Part shown: in pieces, positions 28,404 through 39,880 of the stretch
Numbering within the stretch: the stretch's first letter is position 1
Layout of the letters: every line of letters starts with the position of its first letter
Source of the DNA: Escherichia phage JN02
DNA: 64,000 nt
Sequence record: MT782071.1
Strand: one strand, 5' to 3'
Program-made: the position numbers and the translations under genes
The notes under the pieces: model-generated
Told to the model about the DNA's origin: nothing
Databases searched by the model: none
The model's input: only the letters and a program-made list of their open reading frames with translations

Positions 28404-28700
28404 TTACATAAGAAGCAAACGTTCTACCGGAGTACCATCAACCGAAATTACTTTATCAAGGCGGAAAGAACGCCACTGACCTAACTTGGTATCGAATGCT
28501 CGAACTGATTCACGAGGTTCATAACGAACTTCTGTTGCTGGATTGTTATTTTCGTATTTGACTTCAAGTTCATCGCGCGAAGCAAACATCGTACGAACAT
28601 CACCGTTAGCCTTTTCAAATACAACACAATGAACGCCTACAGACAGAATAGTTTTAATACGTTCACGAAGAATCATAGTTTCTTTTTCAGTTAAAATCAT
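28404..28700 (-). CDS. hypothetical protein (31.1 position)
   Basis: 98 aa from ATG at 28700 (track used GTG at 28712 overlapping cd). Confidence 0.6.
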   Translation of the reverse strand: MILTEKETMILRERIKTILSVGVHCVVFEKANGDVRTMFASRDELEVKYENNNPATEVRYEPRESVRAFDTKLGQWRSFRLDKVISVDGTPVERLLLM

Positions 28701-28701
28701 A

Positions 28702-29283
28702 TTATTCACCACAAAAGTTTCGGATTTGTTCCCAATTCAGAGAACGAAGATTATTACGAGAGTACTGAATTACTTCAATACCGGCTTGTTTTAGAATGTC
28801 TGCCCAATTTTCAGGAGATCGATCGTATAATTCTGCATATACAACCTTTTTAATACCTGACTGCGTAATAGCTTTAGTGCAATCAGGACATGGAGAAAGC
28901 GTCGTATATAACGTAGCGCCTTCAATAGAATTACCTTTACGAGCTGCAAACAAAATTGCATTCAGTTCCGCATGGATTTCATTATTAGCAGACCATGCAC
29001 TATGAGCGGCCCGAGGTTCTTTAGCCAAAACAAAATTATCTATCCGTCCAAATGCTGTAGTGCCTTCTTTATGTCCAGCAACTATGACCGGGCTTGGTTT
29101 ATTCTTCAACCAACCATTTTCGGATGCATGTTCACAACAGTTAACACCACCGGCTGGTGAGCCATTATATCCAGTAGAGATAATGCGCCCATCTTTTTCA
29201 ATGACGGCACCAACTTTCCATGAACAACATTTTGATTCTTGAGAAATCAGATATGCAATCTGAAGGTATGTGCTAGCTTTCAT
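28702..29283 (-). CDS. cd: dCMP deaminase
   Basis: 193 aa; zinc motifs HAELNA and SPCPDC; T4 size and position. Confidence 0.93.
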   Translation of the reverse strand: MKASTYLQIAYLISQESKCCSWKVGAVIEKDGRIISTGYNGSPAGGVNCCEHASENGWLKNKPSPVIVAGHKEGTTAFGRIDNFVLAKEPRAAHSAWSANNEIHAELNAILFAARKGNSIEGATLYTTLSPCPDCTKAITQSGIKKVVYAELYDRSPENWADILKQAGIEVIQYSRNNLRSLNWEQIRNFCGE

Positions 29284-30275
29284 TATTGAACCTTATTAAT
29301 ATGAGTTAACAGCTCTTTAGTTTGTTCCCAACTGATGCACGCATCGGTAACGGAAACGCCATAGGACATATTATCAGAAATTTTTTGATTTCCTTCATGT
29401 AGGAATGATTCTATCATAATTCCTTTGACCAAATCATTAGCTGCTAAATTTTTACCAATACCAATTTGATTGCTATAATGCCCATCAGCGTTTGCATGGC
29501 TACAGTCAACCATTACATAATGATTCAGACCTACTGCCCTTGCTTTGTTAGAAGCTTCTTGAATATCAGAAGAATGATAGTTCGGGCCGTTGGTCCCGCC
29601 ACGCAATACGATATGCGTATTCTGATTACCTTCAGCTTCAACAATGCCTACAGTACCATCGACGTCCATACCCATATACCGATGAGGCCAGGCGGCACTA
29701 TACATCGCGTCTGTAGCTACTTTAATAGAACCATTGGTTGCGTTCTTGAAGCCTACGCACATCGGTAGACCTGAAGCAATTTCACGATGTGTCTGACTTT
29801 CAGTCGTACGGGCGCCAATAGCAACCCATGAGAAAATACCAGAAAGATACTTAATCGTGAATGGGTCTAATACTTCAGTTGCTAATGGAAGTCCCATACG
29901 TAGAAGTTTACGACACAATGTTCGTGCAACTATAAGACCGTGGTTCATATCAAAACTTCCGTCAAGATATGGATCATTTACAAGACCTTTCCAACCTACG
30001 GTAGTTCGAGGCTTTTCAAAATAAACGCGCATCACTAACAGAACATTAGGAAGACGAGTTTGAAGTTCAGCCAGACGTTTGCCGTATTCAACAGCAGCAA
30101 TAGGGTCATGAATTGAACAAGGACCTACAACAATAAGTTTGCGTGGGTCTTCACCATTCATAATCGAATTAACTTGTTCACGATGAGAAGCCACTTGTGA
30201 TGCGTAAGCTTCCGACAAAGGAATAATCTCAGCCAGTTCTTTTGGAGAAATAAGTTTTCCGACGACAGGTAACAT
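29283..30275 (-). CDS. 3-deoxy-7-phosphoheptulonate (DAHP) synthase, class I AroG/AroF/AroH-like
   Basis: 330 aa; colinear with E. coli AroG from memory with motifs VVGPCSIHD, KPRTTVGWKG, GARTTESQ, FKNATNG, DCSHAN, EGNQ, TDACISWE; TAATG coupling to cd. Confidence 0.9.
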   Translation of the reverse strand: MLPVVGKLISPKELAEIIPLSEAYASQVASHREQVNSIMNGEDPRKLIVVGPCSIHDPIAAVEYGKRLAELQTRLPNVLLVMRVYFEKPRTTVGWKGLVNDPYLDGSFDMNHGLIVARTLCRKLLRMGLPLATEVLDPFTIKYLSGIFSWVAIGARTTESQTHREIASGLPMCVGFKNATNGSIKVATDAMYSAAWPHRYMGMDVDGTVGIVEAEGNQNTHIVLRGGTNGPNYHSSDIQEASNKARAVGLNHYVMVDCSHANADGHYSNQIGIGKNLAANDLVKGIMIESFLHEGNQKISDNMSYGVSVTDACISWEQTKELLTHINKVQ

Positions 30276-30395
30276 AACAATCCTTAGGAGATATAAACAG
30301 ATTCTGATTCAACAATACCTTTAACCCGATTAGACAGGCTAAGTTGGTAGTGCTCAGATTTATGACCATTCTCGATAGTAATGAGATAGCTCTCA

Positions 30396-30632
30396 TTATA
30401 GTGTTCCATATACTCGAGTTGCTTCAACAAGACCATCACTGCCTAATTTAAGATTAGTAATTTGGTCACCATCTTTAGGATTAACGATTATGAGAAAAGA
30501 ACGTGGAGATTCTTGAATAACTCGTAATGTTGCATCTTGGAAACGTTCAGACACTTTATTGATGAGTGCTTGAGCAAATTCTTTTACTTTAATCTGAAAT
30601 TCGTGTACTGTAATTGGGTTTTCACTTAGCAT
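30396..30632 (-). CDS. hypothetical protein
   Basis: 78 aa; ATG with GAGGAAA leader downstream of early promoter. Confidence 0.55.
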   Translation of the reverse strand: MLSENPITVHEFQIKVKEFAQALINKVSERFQDATLRVIQESPRSFLIIVNPKDGDQITNLKLGSDGLVEATRVYGTL

Positions 30633-30660
30633 TTCTATTTCCTCATTTGTTGGTAGAGTT

Positions 30661-30690
30661 ATAGTATCACAACTCCACCGTGTTGTAAAC
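30661..30690 (-). promoter_or_regulatory. early promoter
   Basis: GTTTAC, 18 nt, TACTAT, then leader CAACAAATGAGGAAA and ATG at 30632. Confidence 0.65.
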
Positions 30691-30692
30691 TA

Positions 30693-30968
30693 TTAAATTG
30701 CTTTGCATTCAATTTTTTGTGTACCGAAATTGATATCACATTGGATAACTAAATCGCCGTCAAGATCAAATACCACTATGACGTGTGCAGACCCAGGGAG
30801 AAGAGTAATAGCAATAGAATCTACTTGGTCTGGGAGCAAAGCATTGAGTACATGAGTTAGTTGAGCATGAACTCTGAGTTCGGCTGCATTATCAAGCACT
30901 TCAAACATATTATTAGCAATAATCTGACTGAAGACTACCTTTACAATTTCAGAATAAGTTGGGAACAT
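30693..30968 (-). CDS. hypothetical protein
   Basis: 91 aa; SD GAGG. Confidence 0.55.
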   Translation of the reverse strand: MFPTYSEIVKVVFSQIIANNMFEVLDNAAELRVHAQLTHVLNALLPDQVDSIAITLLPGSAHVIVVFDLDGDLVIQCDINFGTQKIECKAI

Positions 30969-30975
30969 AATTACC

Positions 30976-31200
30976 TCAGTGTACAGTATTTACTTTAACT
31001 CGAACAACAAATCGCTCGGTCGGTTCACCTACAGGAACAAACTCTACATGATATTCACCTTTGTAACGAGTATTCAGATCATTACGAATTCCTGCGAGTT
31101 TGTTGATTAATGTAGGACTCATATTAAGTCCCACTAGTTTACGAAGCATTTTGTATGCTTCATCTTCGATTTCATGATGTTTATCGTACATAGTTTTCAT
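30976..31200 (-). CDS. hypothetical protein
   Basis: 74 aa, ATG start. Confidence 0.55.
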   Translation of the reverse strand: MKTMYDKHHEIEDEAYKMLRKLVGLNMSPTLINKLAGIRNDLNTRYKGEYHVEFVPVGEPTERFVVRVKVNTVH

Positions 31201-31371
31201 TTAACCATTCAATTGCCTGGTCGACGTTATCAAATATACCGCCATCCAACCATTCTTCATGTTCATAGTCCAGCACATCAATACCGAACCGTCCATTTAC
31301 TAAAGGCCATACTACAAACAAATATTCTTTATGCTGTTCGATGGCCTCAATCACTTCATATAATCGTTTCA

Positions 31372-31372
<1 letters not shown>
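31181..31372 (-). CDS. hypothetical protein
   Basis: 63 aa acidic; TAATG coupling with pseT stop. Confidence 0.5.
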
Positions 31373-32458
<1,086 letters not shown>

Positions 32459-32459
<1 letters not shown>

Positions 32460-32758
32460 TATTTTATTCCTAAGAAAGTTTCAAGAATACGAATGTTATG
32501 CTCGCGCCGGTCTTTATTAATTTCAGCAACGTTTTTATTAATTGACTTACTTCTAACGTTTGAAGAAATAAATTTAATCATATGACTTTTGAGTTGTTGT
32601 AAATCCAACCCTTTTTCTTTAGCAGCTTTACGAAGAGCTTTACCAGCTTCATCTAGTGCCTTTGCTGCATCTTTGTCATAATTGGCAAGTGACATTCCGC
32701 GGCAGATATCAATATACTCATCAGACCGTTTGATGTAATTCTCTAGTAATGTTTTCAT
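32459..32758 (-). CDS. hypothetical protein
   Basis: 99 aa, ATG start, early promoter upstream. Confidence 0.55.
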
Positions 32759-32786
32759 TTAGATTTCCTCAATTATCCATAGGAGC

Positions 32787-32816
32787 ATTATACTCTGCTC
32801 CCGAGAGTTTGTAAAC
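32787..32816 (-). promoter_or_regulatory. early promoter
   Basis: GTTTAC, 18 nt, TATAAT; flanking inverted repeat GGAGC/GCTCC. Confidence 0.6.
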
Positions 32817-33040
32817 TATTTTACTAAAGATTCAATATACTCATGAAGAGCTTTAGTAGCTACTGCCCACTTATTCTGATATTCATTTTTCAGATTAGCA
32901 CGAGACTGAACTAACAAGCGGTCATTAGTTGGAGGCAAAGATTCTAATCGTTGAATCTGGCGCCCATAAATCATAGCCGCCATTTCAGATTCATAGATAA
33001 GCCCTTTAATGTATTCATGCTGTTCTTTAGTCATTGGCAT
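32816..33040 (-). CDS. hypothetical protein
   Basis: 74 aa; SD AAGAGGAAAAATG. Confidence 0.55.
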   Translation of the reverse strand: MPMTKEQHEYIKGLIYESEMAAMIYGRQIQRLESLPPTNDRLLVQSRANLKNEYQNKWAVATKALHEYIESLVK

Positions 33041-33321
33041 TTTTCCTCTTTTAAACCACTACGATAATAACATAACATAGTCTTCTGGTCATGTATATAT
33101 CTTTTTACGTCGTTTAACCAGATACGAAATTCTTGAGAGTCTTCAAACGGCATTCCAACCCACGGATTACCATCAATAACCTTTACTTGCCATTTCTGGT
33201 TATATTCAACAATAGATTCAGGCCAAGGTGGATGTAAAGTTTCTTTAGGGCTTAAGGGCACATCCTGGGCACATCCGGCCAAAATGCCAATAGATAATAC
33301 AACTGCGGTTAATTTAATCAT
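33031..33321 (-). CDS. outer-membrane spanin lipoprotein (o-spanin; T4 pseT.2 type)
   Basis: 96 aa; signal peptide with lipobox LAGC; sits directly after the i-spanin candidate. Confidence 0.75.
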   Translation of the reverse strand: MIKLTAVVLSIGILAGCAQDVPLSPKETLHPPWPESIVEYNQKWQVKVIDGNPWVGMPFEDSQEFRIWLNDVKRYIHDQKTMLCYYRSGLKEEKCQ

Positions 33322-33674
33322 TCTGAGAGCTTCCTGAGGTCTTCTGCGAAGGAATCGAAGGACCTGTTGATTTGTTTTTCGACCAATCCTGGTTTACTTG
33401 CCACCACGTTCTTCTTCTTCGAATCCTTACGGAGCTTTTCATTTTCGGCCTTAAGTTGGTCAACTAAAACACGGTTCTTATAAGTCATTTCTTCGATTGA
33501 CTGATATTGAGCCTTGAAGTCGTCTAATACTTTAGCATTGTTTTTAGCAGTCTCTTTGACAGAAGCTAATTCAGTATTCAACGAATCAACTTTGTTGTTT
33601 AAGACAACTATTGTTACCGTAGAAACTAGAGCAAAAGCTGCTACTATAACATAAATCGGATTTACTTTAAGCAT
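33318..33674 (-). CDS. inner-membrane spanin (i-spanin; T4 pseT.3 type)
   Basis: 118 aa; N-terminal TM helix then coiled-coil-like K/E-rich region. Confidence 0.75.
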   Translation of the reverse strand: MLKVNPIYVIVAAFALVSTVTIVVLNNKVDSLNTELASVKETAKNNAKVLDDFKAQYQSIEEMTYKNRVLVDQLKAENEKLRKDSKKKNVVASKPGLVEKQINRSFDSFAEDLRKLSE

Positions 33675-34162
33675 GTTTTAATAATCTCAATGATTTCATC
33701 TCTGGATAATCCATTGATAAGAACGGTTTTCGGACCATCACACTGGATTTTGTACGATTCAAACAATACACACAACTCTTCTGCTGTATGATATGGACTT
33801 GAGATTCCGAGGCGGTTGAATTTGTCTGTAAGAGGGTCGCAAATAATGTAGAATTTTATACCTGAGATATGTACGTTTGGTTGACTAATATTAATGAACA
33901 CATTAGCGTCATATTTAGTCAAATTGTTTTGAAGAAATTCTACCATGGCATTAACCGCTTCTGGCATCGCTTCGCGTTTCTCTTCAGCGTATCGGGTGGA
34001 ATACTCTTTTTGTTTTACTTTCTTTTTAAGATTTTTGGCCAGTGTAACACGTAGGTCAGTAAGATAACCAACTGGACGTCCTTTCTTAAAGACCCGGATT
34101 CCGTCAGTTGTGTCTCCAAAAGCGGTTACGACCATATCGTTAGTAATCAATTGCATATTCAT
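33662..34162 (-). CDS. alc: Alc-like protein, assigned by position only
   Basis: 166 aa from internal ATG (MNMQLITND...) with SD GAGGAG downstream of early promoter; lies between spanins and rnlA as alc does in T4. Confidence 0.55.
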   Translation of the reverse strand: MNMQLITNDMVVTAFGDTTDGIRVFKKGRPVGYLTDLRVTLAKNLKKKVKQKEYSTRYAEEKREAMPEAVNAMVEFLQNNLTKYDANVFINISQPNVHISGIKFYIICDPLTDKFNRLGISSPYHTAEELCVLFESYKIQCDGPKTVLINGLSRDEIIEIIKTCLK

Positions 34163-34192
34163 AATTTTCTCCTCGTGTTGTTGATAAAAGCC

Positions 34193-34222
34193 ATAGTAAC
34201 ACCTTCCTTGGTGTTTGTAAAC
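34193..34222 (-). promoter_or_regulatory. early promoter (alc-position gene)
   Basis: GTTTAC, 17 nt, TTACTAT, then CAACAACACGAGGAGAAAATT and ATG at 34162. Confidence 0.65.
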
Positions 34223-34224
34223 CA

Positions 34225-35358
<1,134 letters not shown>

Positions 35359-35375
35359 TCAGTTAGTTTTTTTAA

Positions 35376-35405
35376 ATTGTACCACAATCCTTGTGGTATG
35401 TAAAC
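35376..35405 (-). promoter_or_regulatory. early promoter (rnlA)
   Basis: GTTTAC, 17 nt, GTACAAT; spacer contains palindrome CCACAAGGATTGTGG. Confidence 0.55.
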
Positions 35406-35815
35406 TACTTTTTCTTATGTTGGATATTCCAAGGCGGGTTGAACTTTTTGATAAAAAGCGGTTCTTCAAGGTCCATTGTTGCGATGGTCATTGAACCAAG
35501 TTCGTTGGTGACTGAAAGGTCAAAACATTGGCGGGCCCAGAATTCAACCTTTTTGCCTTGCATTAAGGCATCCAAAATCATAAGTGATTTTCTTGAATCT
35601 GAAGTCTGGTCTTTTCGATTTATGGCTGTTCGATAATAGTTAATGCGTTTCTTTAAATTCTTGGTTTTACCAATATACACAAGTTCGTCATCTATAGCAA
35701 TAGCGTATATGACATTTTTCTTATTAGGGACATCAACTGTTTTAATTGTTGCATCTTCTAATAGCTCCAATTCTGTATATTTAATAAAGGAATATTCGGC
35801 GGCAATATCTTTCAT
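35405..35815 (-). CDS. denA: endonuclease II (GIY-YIG nuclease)
   Basis: 136 aa; GIY-YIG-type motif (IYAI...LVYIGKT...R...Y); T4 size and position. Confidence 0.85.
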   Translation of the reverse strand: MKDIAAEYSFIKYTELELLEDATIKTVDVPNKKNVIYAIAIDDELVYIGKTKNLKKRINYYRTAINRKDQTSDSRKSLMILDALMQGKKVEFWARQCFDLSVTNELGSMTIATMDLEEPLFIKKFNPPWNIQHKKK

Positions 35816-35841
35816 AATAAAGTGGGACCGAAGTCCCGTCC

Positions 35842-37020
35842 TTAGAAATATTTTTTGTACGAATTGATTACATTTTGGTCTACATCATTATCAATTTGTG
35901 CGACAAGATAAGAACTGATTTCAACTTCCTGAGGAGCTGCTTGAACTAAATCGGAGTTCAGATATTCACGAATCCAAGGATACGGATGCTTGGTCGGAGC
36001 ATCAGTGATTGGGCATGGCAAACCACACTGTTTCATACGAGACACAGTCAAGTAATCAACAAAAGCACACATACTCTGCGTATTGATACCTGGACATGTA
36101 CCATCTTTAAAGAGGTGTGCAGCCCATTCCTTCTCTTGGCTATTTACTTCCATAAAAATGTCAACTGCTTCTTGTTCACATTCTTTAGCAATTTGAACCC
36201 ACTCATCACCATCAGTACCAGATTGAAGTTGACGGATAATGTACTGAGTACCCTTGAGGTGGAGTTGTTCGTCACGAGCAATGAACTTCATAATCTTTGC
36301 ATTACCTTCCATAATTTCCATATTTTTATGGAAGTTGAAAGTACATGCAAATGATACGTAAAAACGAATAGCTTCCAAGGCGTTAATTACATGAAGGCAA
36401 AGATAAAGAGATTTCATTAGCTCACGCTTCCAATATGTCTCATGCTCAATAGCATCTTCAATAACGTCTTTGTCTGCATTAATTTCTTTTTGGTATTCGA
36501 TATCAGCTTTAGCGTTTTCCCAATAACGAGTTTTAACCAGAACATCATCGTAATATTTACCTATTGATTCAGCTCGTTTCATGATTGCTTCGTCTAATAC
36601 AATCTCATCAAATACTTTGGATGGATCGGTATAAAGATTTCGCATAATATGAGTATATGAACGAGAGTGAATAGTTTCACTGAATGTCCATGTTGCAACC
36701 CATGTATCTAATGAAGGGTCGGAAATCAGTGCCATAAGTACCGCAGATGGGGCTCTGCCTTGGATAGAATCTAATAATGATTGATACTTAAGATTGTTTG
36801 TAAAGATGTCCTGTTGGAACTGAGGAAGCTTATTGAACTGCGCAGAGTCCAACATCAAGTTTACCTCTTCAGGGCGCCAGAAAAACGACAATTGCTTTTC
36901 AATAAGTTCTTCAAAAACTTTATGACGCTGAATATCATAACGTGCGAGGCCAAGACCAGAACCAAAGAACATCGGTTCATTCAAAACATCAACTTGTTGT
37001 GTGTTAAAAACTGTACTCAT
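35842..37020 (-). CDS. nrdB: ribonucleotide reductase small subunit, uninterrupted
   Basis: 392 aa continuous ORF, no intron; di-iron RNR family features; T4 synteny. Confidence 0.93.
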   Translation of the reverse strand: MSTVFNTQQVDVLNEPMFFGSGLGLARYDIQRHKVFEELIEKQLSFFWRPEEVNLMLDSAQFNKLPQFQQDIFTNNLKYQSLLDSIQGRAPSAVLMALISDPSLDTWVATWTFSETIHSRSYTHIMRNLYTDPSKVFDEIVLDEAIMKRAESIGKYYDDVLVKTRYWENAKADIEYQKEINADKDVIEDAIEHETYWKRELMKSLYLCLHVINALEAIRFYVSFACTFNFHKNMEIMEGNAKIMKFIARDEQLHLKGTQYIIRQLQSGTDGDEWVQIAKECEQEAVDIFMEVNSQEKEWAAHLFKDGTCPGINTQSMCAFVDYLTVSRMKQCGLPCPITDAPTKHPYPWIREYLNSDLVQAAPQEVEISSYLVAQIDNDVDQNVINSYKKYF

Positions 37021-37073
37021 TATATTTTCTCACTTAGTTTAACTCATCCATGAGTAAATTATAATCAAAAGTC

Positions 37074-39329
37074 TTAAAGCTTACAAGCAGAACAATCTTC
37101 AGCTTTAGGTGTTTCTAATTCATAGTCATCTGTACCAGACCCATCACGAGTGTTATGATAGTAGAGGTTTTTTCCACCAAAGTACCAGAAGTAAAGTAGA
37201 TCGTCAAGCATTACTGACATTGGCACTTTACCTTTCTCAAATACTGCAGGGTCATAGTAAGTATTAGCAGAAGCAGATTGGCACACCCATTTCAACATGA
37301 TAGCAACTTGGGTCAAATAAGGTTTATTACCTTTCTTAGCAAGTTTCCACGCGTAGTCGTAAAGACCCATGTTATGTTCTATATTAGGAACAACCTGACG
37401 GAAGTTGCCTTCTTTAGATTCTTTAATACTCACTGGACCACGCGGCGGTTCAATCCCGTTTGTAGAGTTTGATACTTGACTGCTTGACTCACAAGGCATG
37501 AGTGCAGACAACGTTGAGTTACGAATTCCATGTTCTTTGAGTTCAGCTCGAAGTTCTTCCCAATCACATACGTAGTTCGGGGCTGCGATTTGGTCAATCT
37601 TTTTATTGTACCAGTCGATAGGTAATTCGCCTCTAGACCATTTAGTGTCTGAATAATACTCGCAACATCCTTTTTCTTTGGCGAGTTTGATTGAAGCTTT
37701 GATAAGGCCATATTGCAATCTCTCAAACAATTCATGAGTCAAATCGTTAGCGTCTTCATATGAAGCGAAGTTAGAAGCTAACCATGCAGCATAGTTCGTA
37801 ACACCAACACCAAGATTACGACGCTTTTTGGCTTTTAAAGCTTCTGGAACCGGATAATCTTGATAGTCTAACAGATTATCAAGTGCACGTACTTGTACTT
37901 CAGCAAGTTCATTAATTTTATCTTGGTCTTGCCAATCAAATTTATCTAATACAAAAGCAGATAATGTGCATAAACCAATTTCAGCATCAGGACCATTCAC
38001 ATCATTAGTTGGAATAGCGATTTCACAACATAAGTTACTCTGACGAATTGGAGCTTTTTCACGAATAAACGGAGTGTAGTTATTCGTGTTATCAACAAAC
38101 TGTGGATAAATTCGAGCAGTACCAGAGCGTTCAGTCATGAACAATTCAAAGAGTTCTAGTGCTTTGATTCTTTTCTTTCTGATTGTTGGGTCTTTTTCAG
38201 CTTTCTCATAAAGCTCACGGAATTTATCTTGATCTTCAAAGAACGAGTAATATAGTTCGCCTGACATTTCGTGAGGGCTAAATAAAGTAATATAATCATT
38301 TTTGCCAAGGCGTTCCATCATGAGGTCATTAATCTGAATTCCATAGTCCATATGTCGAATACGGTTTTCATCCACGCCTTTGTTATTTTTCAGAACTAAT
38401 AGGTTCTCTACTTCTAAGTGCCACATCGGATAATACGCTGTAGCAGCACCACCACGAATACCACCTTGAGAACAAGATTTTACTGCAGTTTGGAAATGTT
38501 TCCAGAATGGAATAACACCCGTATGTCGAACTTCACCCATACCGATCTTAGAACCTTCTGCACGAAGCATACCAACGTTGATACCAATACCAGCTCGTTT
38601 AGAAATATATTCAATAATTGATGCTGAAGTTTTGTTAATAGATTTTAACGAATCACCGGCTTCAATAACTACACAACTAGAGAACTGGCGAGTTGGAGTA
38701 CGAGCACCTGCCATAATTGGGGTTGGCAATGAAACTTGATGAGTAGAAACGGCATCATAAAAACGAATAATATGTTTCAAACGGTCATGAGTTTCGTTTT
38801 GGTGTAAGGCCATGCCAATAGCCATGATAGCAAACTGGGGAGTTTCATAAATCTTCCCAGTTGTTTTATCTTTAACTAGATATTTTTCTTTAAGCTGCAT
38901 AGCACCAGCATAAGTCAGGTCAAAGTCTCGTTCATGTTTAATCTGTGAATCGAGATAAATGATTTCTTCTGCTGAATATTGAGACAACAGCTCAGGGTCA
39001 TATTTGCCTTCATTAACACAATAAGAAATATGGTCGATAAAAGCAGGCGGTTCAAACTGCCCATATACATCTTTACGAAGTGCAAACATTAGCCCTTTGG
39101 CGGCGACATACTGATAATCAGGTTCTTCGACAGAAATCGAGTTAGCTGCAACTTTAATACAAATCTTCTGGATATCTTTGGTGCTCATCCCGTCAACAAG
39201 ATGGGTCTTAATTTCTTCGTACAATTCATATGGGTCAATTTGTGTTCCTTCACATTGCCAGGTCAGAACTTGGATAATTTTCTGTGCATCAAAATTTTGG
39301 GATACGCCACTGCTCTTAGTTACTTGCAT
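37074..39329 (-). CDS. nrdA: ribonucleotide reductase large subunit
   Basis: 751 aa; class Ia RNR alpha subunit; T4 synteny. Confidence 0.95.
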   Translation of the reverse strand: MQVTKSSGVSQNFDAQKIIQVLTWQCEGTQIDPYELYEEIKTHLVDGMSTKDIQKICIKVAANSISVEEPDYQYVAAKGLMFALRKDVYGQFEPPAFIDHISYCVNEGKYDPELLSQYSAEEIIYLDSQIKHERDFDLTYAGAMQLKEKYLVKDKTTGKIYETPQFAIMAIGMALHQNETHDRLKHIIRFYDAVSTHQVSLPTPIMAGARTPTRQFSSCVVIEAGDSLKSINKTSASIIEYISKRAGIGINVGMLRAEGSKIGMGEVRHTGVIPFWKHFQTAVKSCSQGGIRGGAATAYYPMWHLEVENLLVLKNNKGVDENRIRHMDYGIQINDLMMERLGKNDYITLFSPHEMSGELYYSFFEDQDKFRELYEKAEKDPTIRKKRIKALELFELFMTERSGTARIYPQFVDNTNNYTPFIREKAPIRQSNLCCEIAIPTNDVNGPDAEIGLCTLSAFVLDKFDWQDQDKINELAEVQVRALDNLLDYQDYPVPEALKAKKRRNLGVGVTNYAAWLASNFASYEDANDLTHELFERLQYGLIKASIKLAKEKGCCEYYSDTKWSRGELPIDWYNKKIDQIAAPNYVCDWEELRAELKEHGIRNSTLSALMPCESSSQVSNSTNGIEPPRGPVSIKESKEGNFRQVVPNIEHNMGLYDYAWKLAKKGNKPYLTQVAIMLKWVCQSASANTYYDPAVFEKGKVPMSVMLDDLLYFWYFGGKNLYYHNTRDGSGTDDYELETPKAEDCSACKL

Positions 39330-39625
39330 ATGTCCTCTATATTAAATTCGTCTTTAAAAAGTTTATTAACCACTAGAGCTATTATATCACCATGACAGGC
39401 TTTTGGTTTACATGTGCATCCCAGACGCATACCACGTAAAGGTTCTAGATGAGCTTTTGTGATTTCTCCACACTTAATTCTCTTAATAAAATCCTTTTTG
39501 AAAAGCTCAATAGCTTCTTCTCGGGAAGAGGCATCCTTGCCTACATAATTTCCCCAGAATGTGCCACGATGAATATTAACATCAAAATCGGATTTATATT
39601 TATTCACAACGCGGCACATTTTCAT
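39320..39625 (-). CDS. hypothetical protein (nrdA.1 position)
   Basis: 101 aa with several Cys. Confidence 0.55.
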   Translation of the reverse strand: MKMCRVVNKYKSDFDVNIHRGTFWGNYVGKDASSREEAIELFKKDFIKRIKCGEITKAHLEPLRGMRLGCTCKPKACHGDIIALVVNKLFKDEFNIEDICK

Positions 39626-39879
39626 TACATGTCCTCTGCAATAATTTCTTCGTATTCTTTAGGAGTCAAGACCGTGATATTAAAATAAACCAACGGTTCT
39701 TTTTCTATACCGAATCCACCACAGAATTCACGGTATTCATAAATTCGTTCATGTGAATAACAAATGAATCGTTCACCTTTAACTGTGATTTCACTATTTG
39801 GTGAAGGGATATCCAGTTCACTTGGATTTTTCATTTCAAAAATTGTGGTGCCATATGAATTAATAAAACGTAAAATCAT
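39625..39879 (-). CDS. hypothetical protein (nrdA.2 position)
   Basis: 84 aa, ATG start. Confidence 0.55.
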   Translation of the reverse strand: MILRFINSYGTTIFEMKNPSELDIPSPNSEITVKGERFICYSHERIYEYREFCGGFGIEKEPLVYFNITVLTPKEYEEIIAEDM

Positions 39880-39880
39880 T

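Noticed and set aside
35405-35815. GIY-YIG protein considered as a seg-like homing endonuclease or mobile element
   Set aside because: Size (136 aa) and position between rnlA and nrdB match endonuclease II (denA); no intron or flanking duplication
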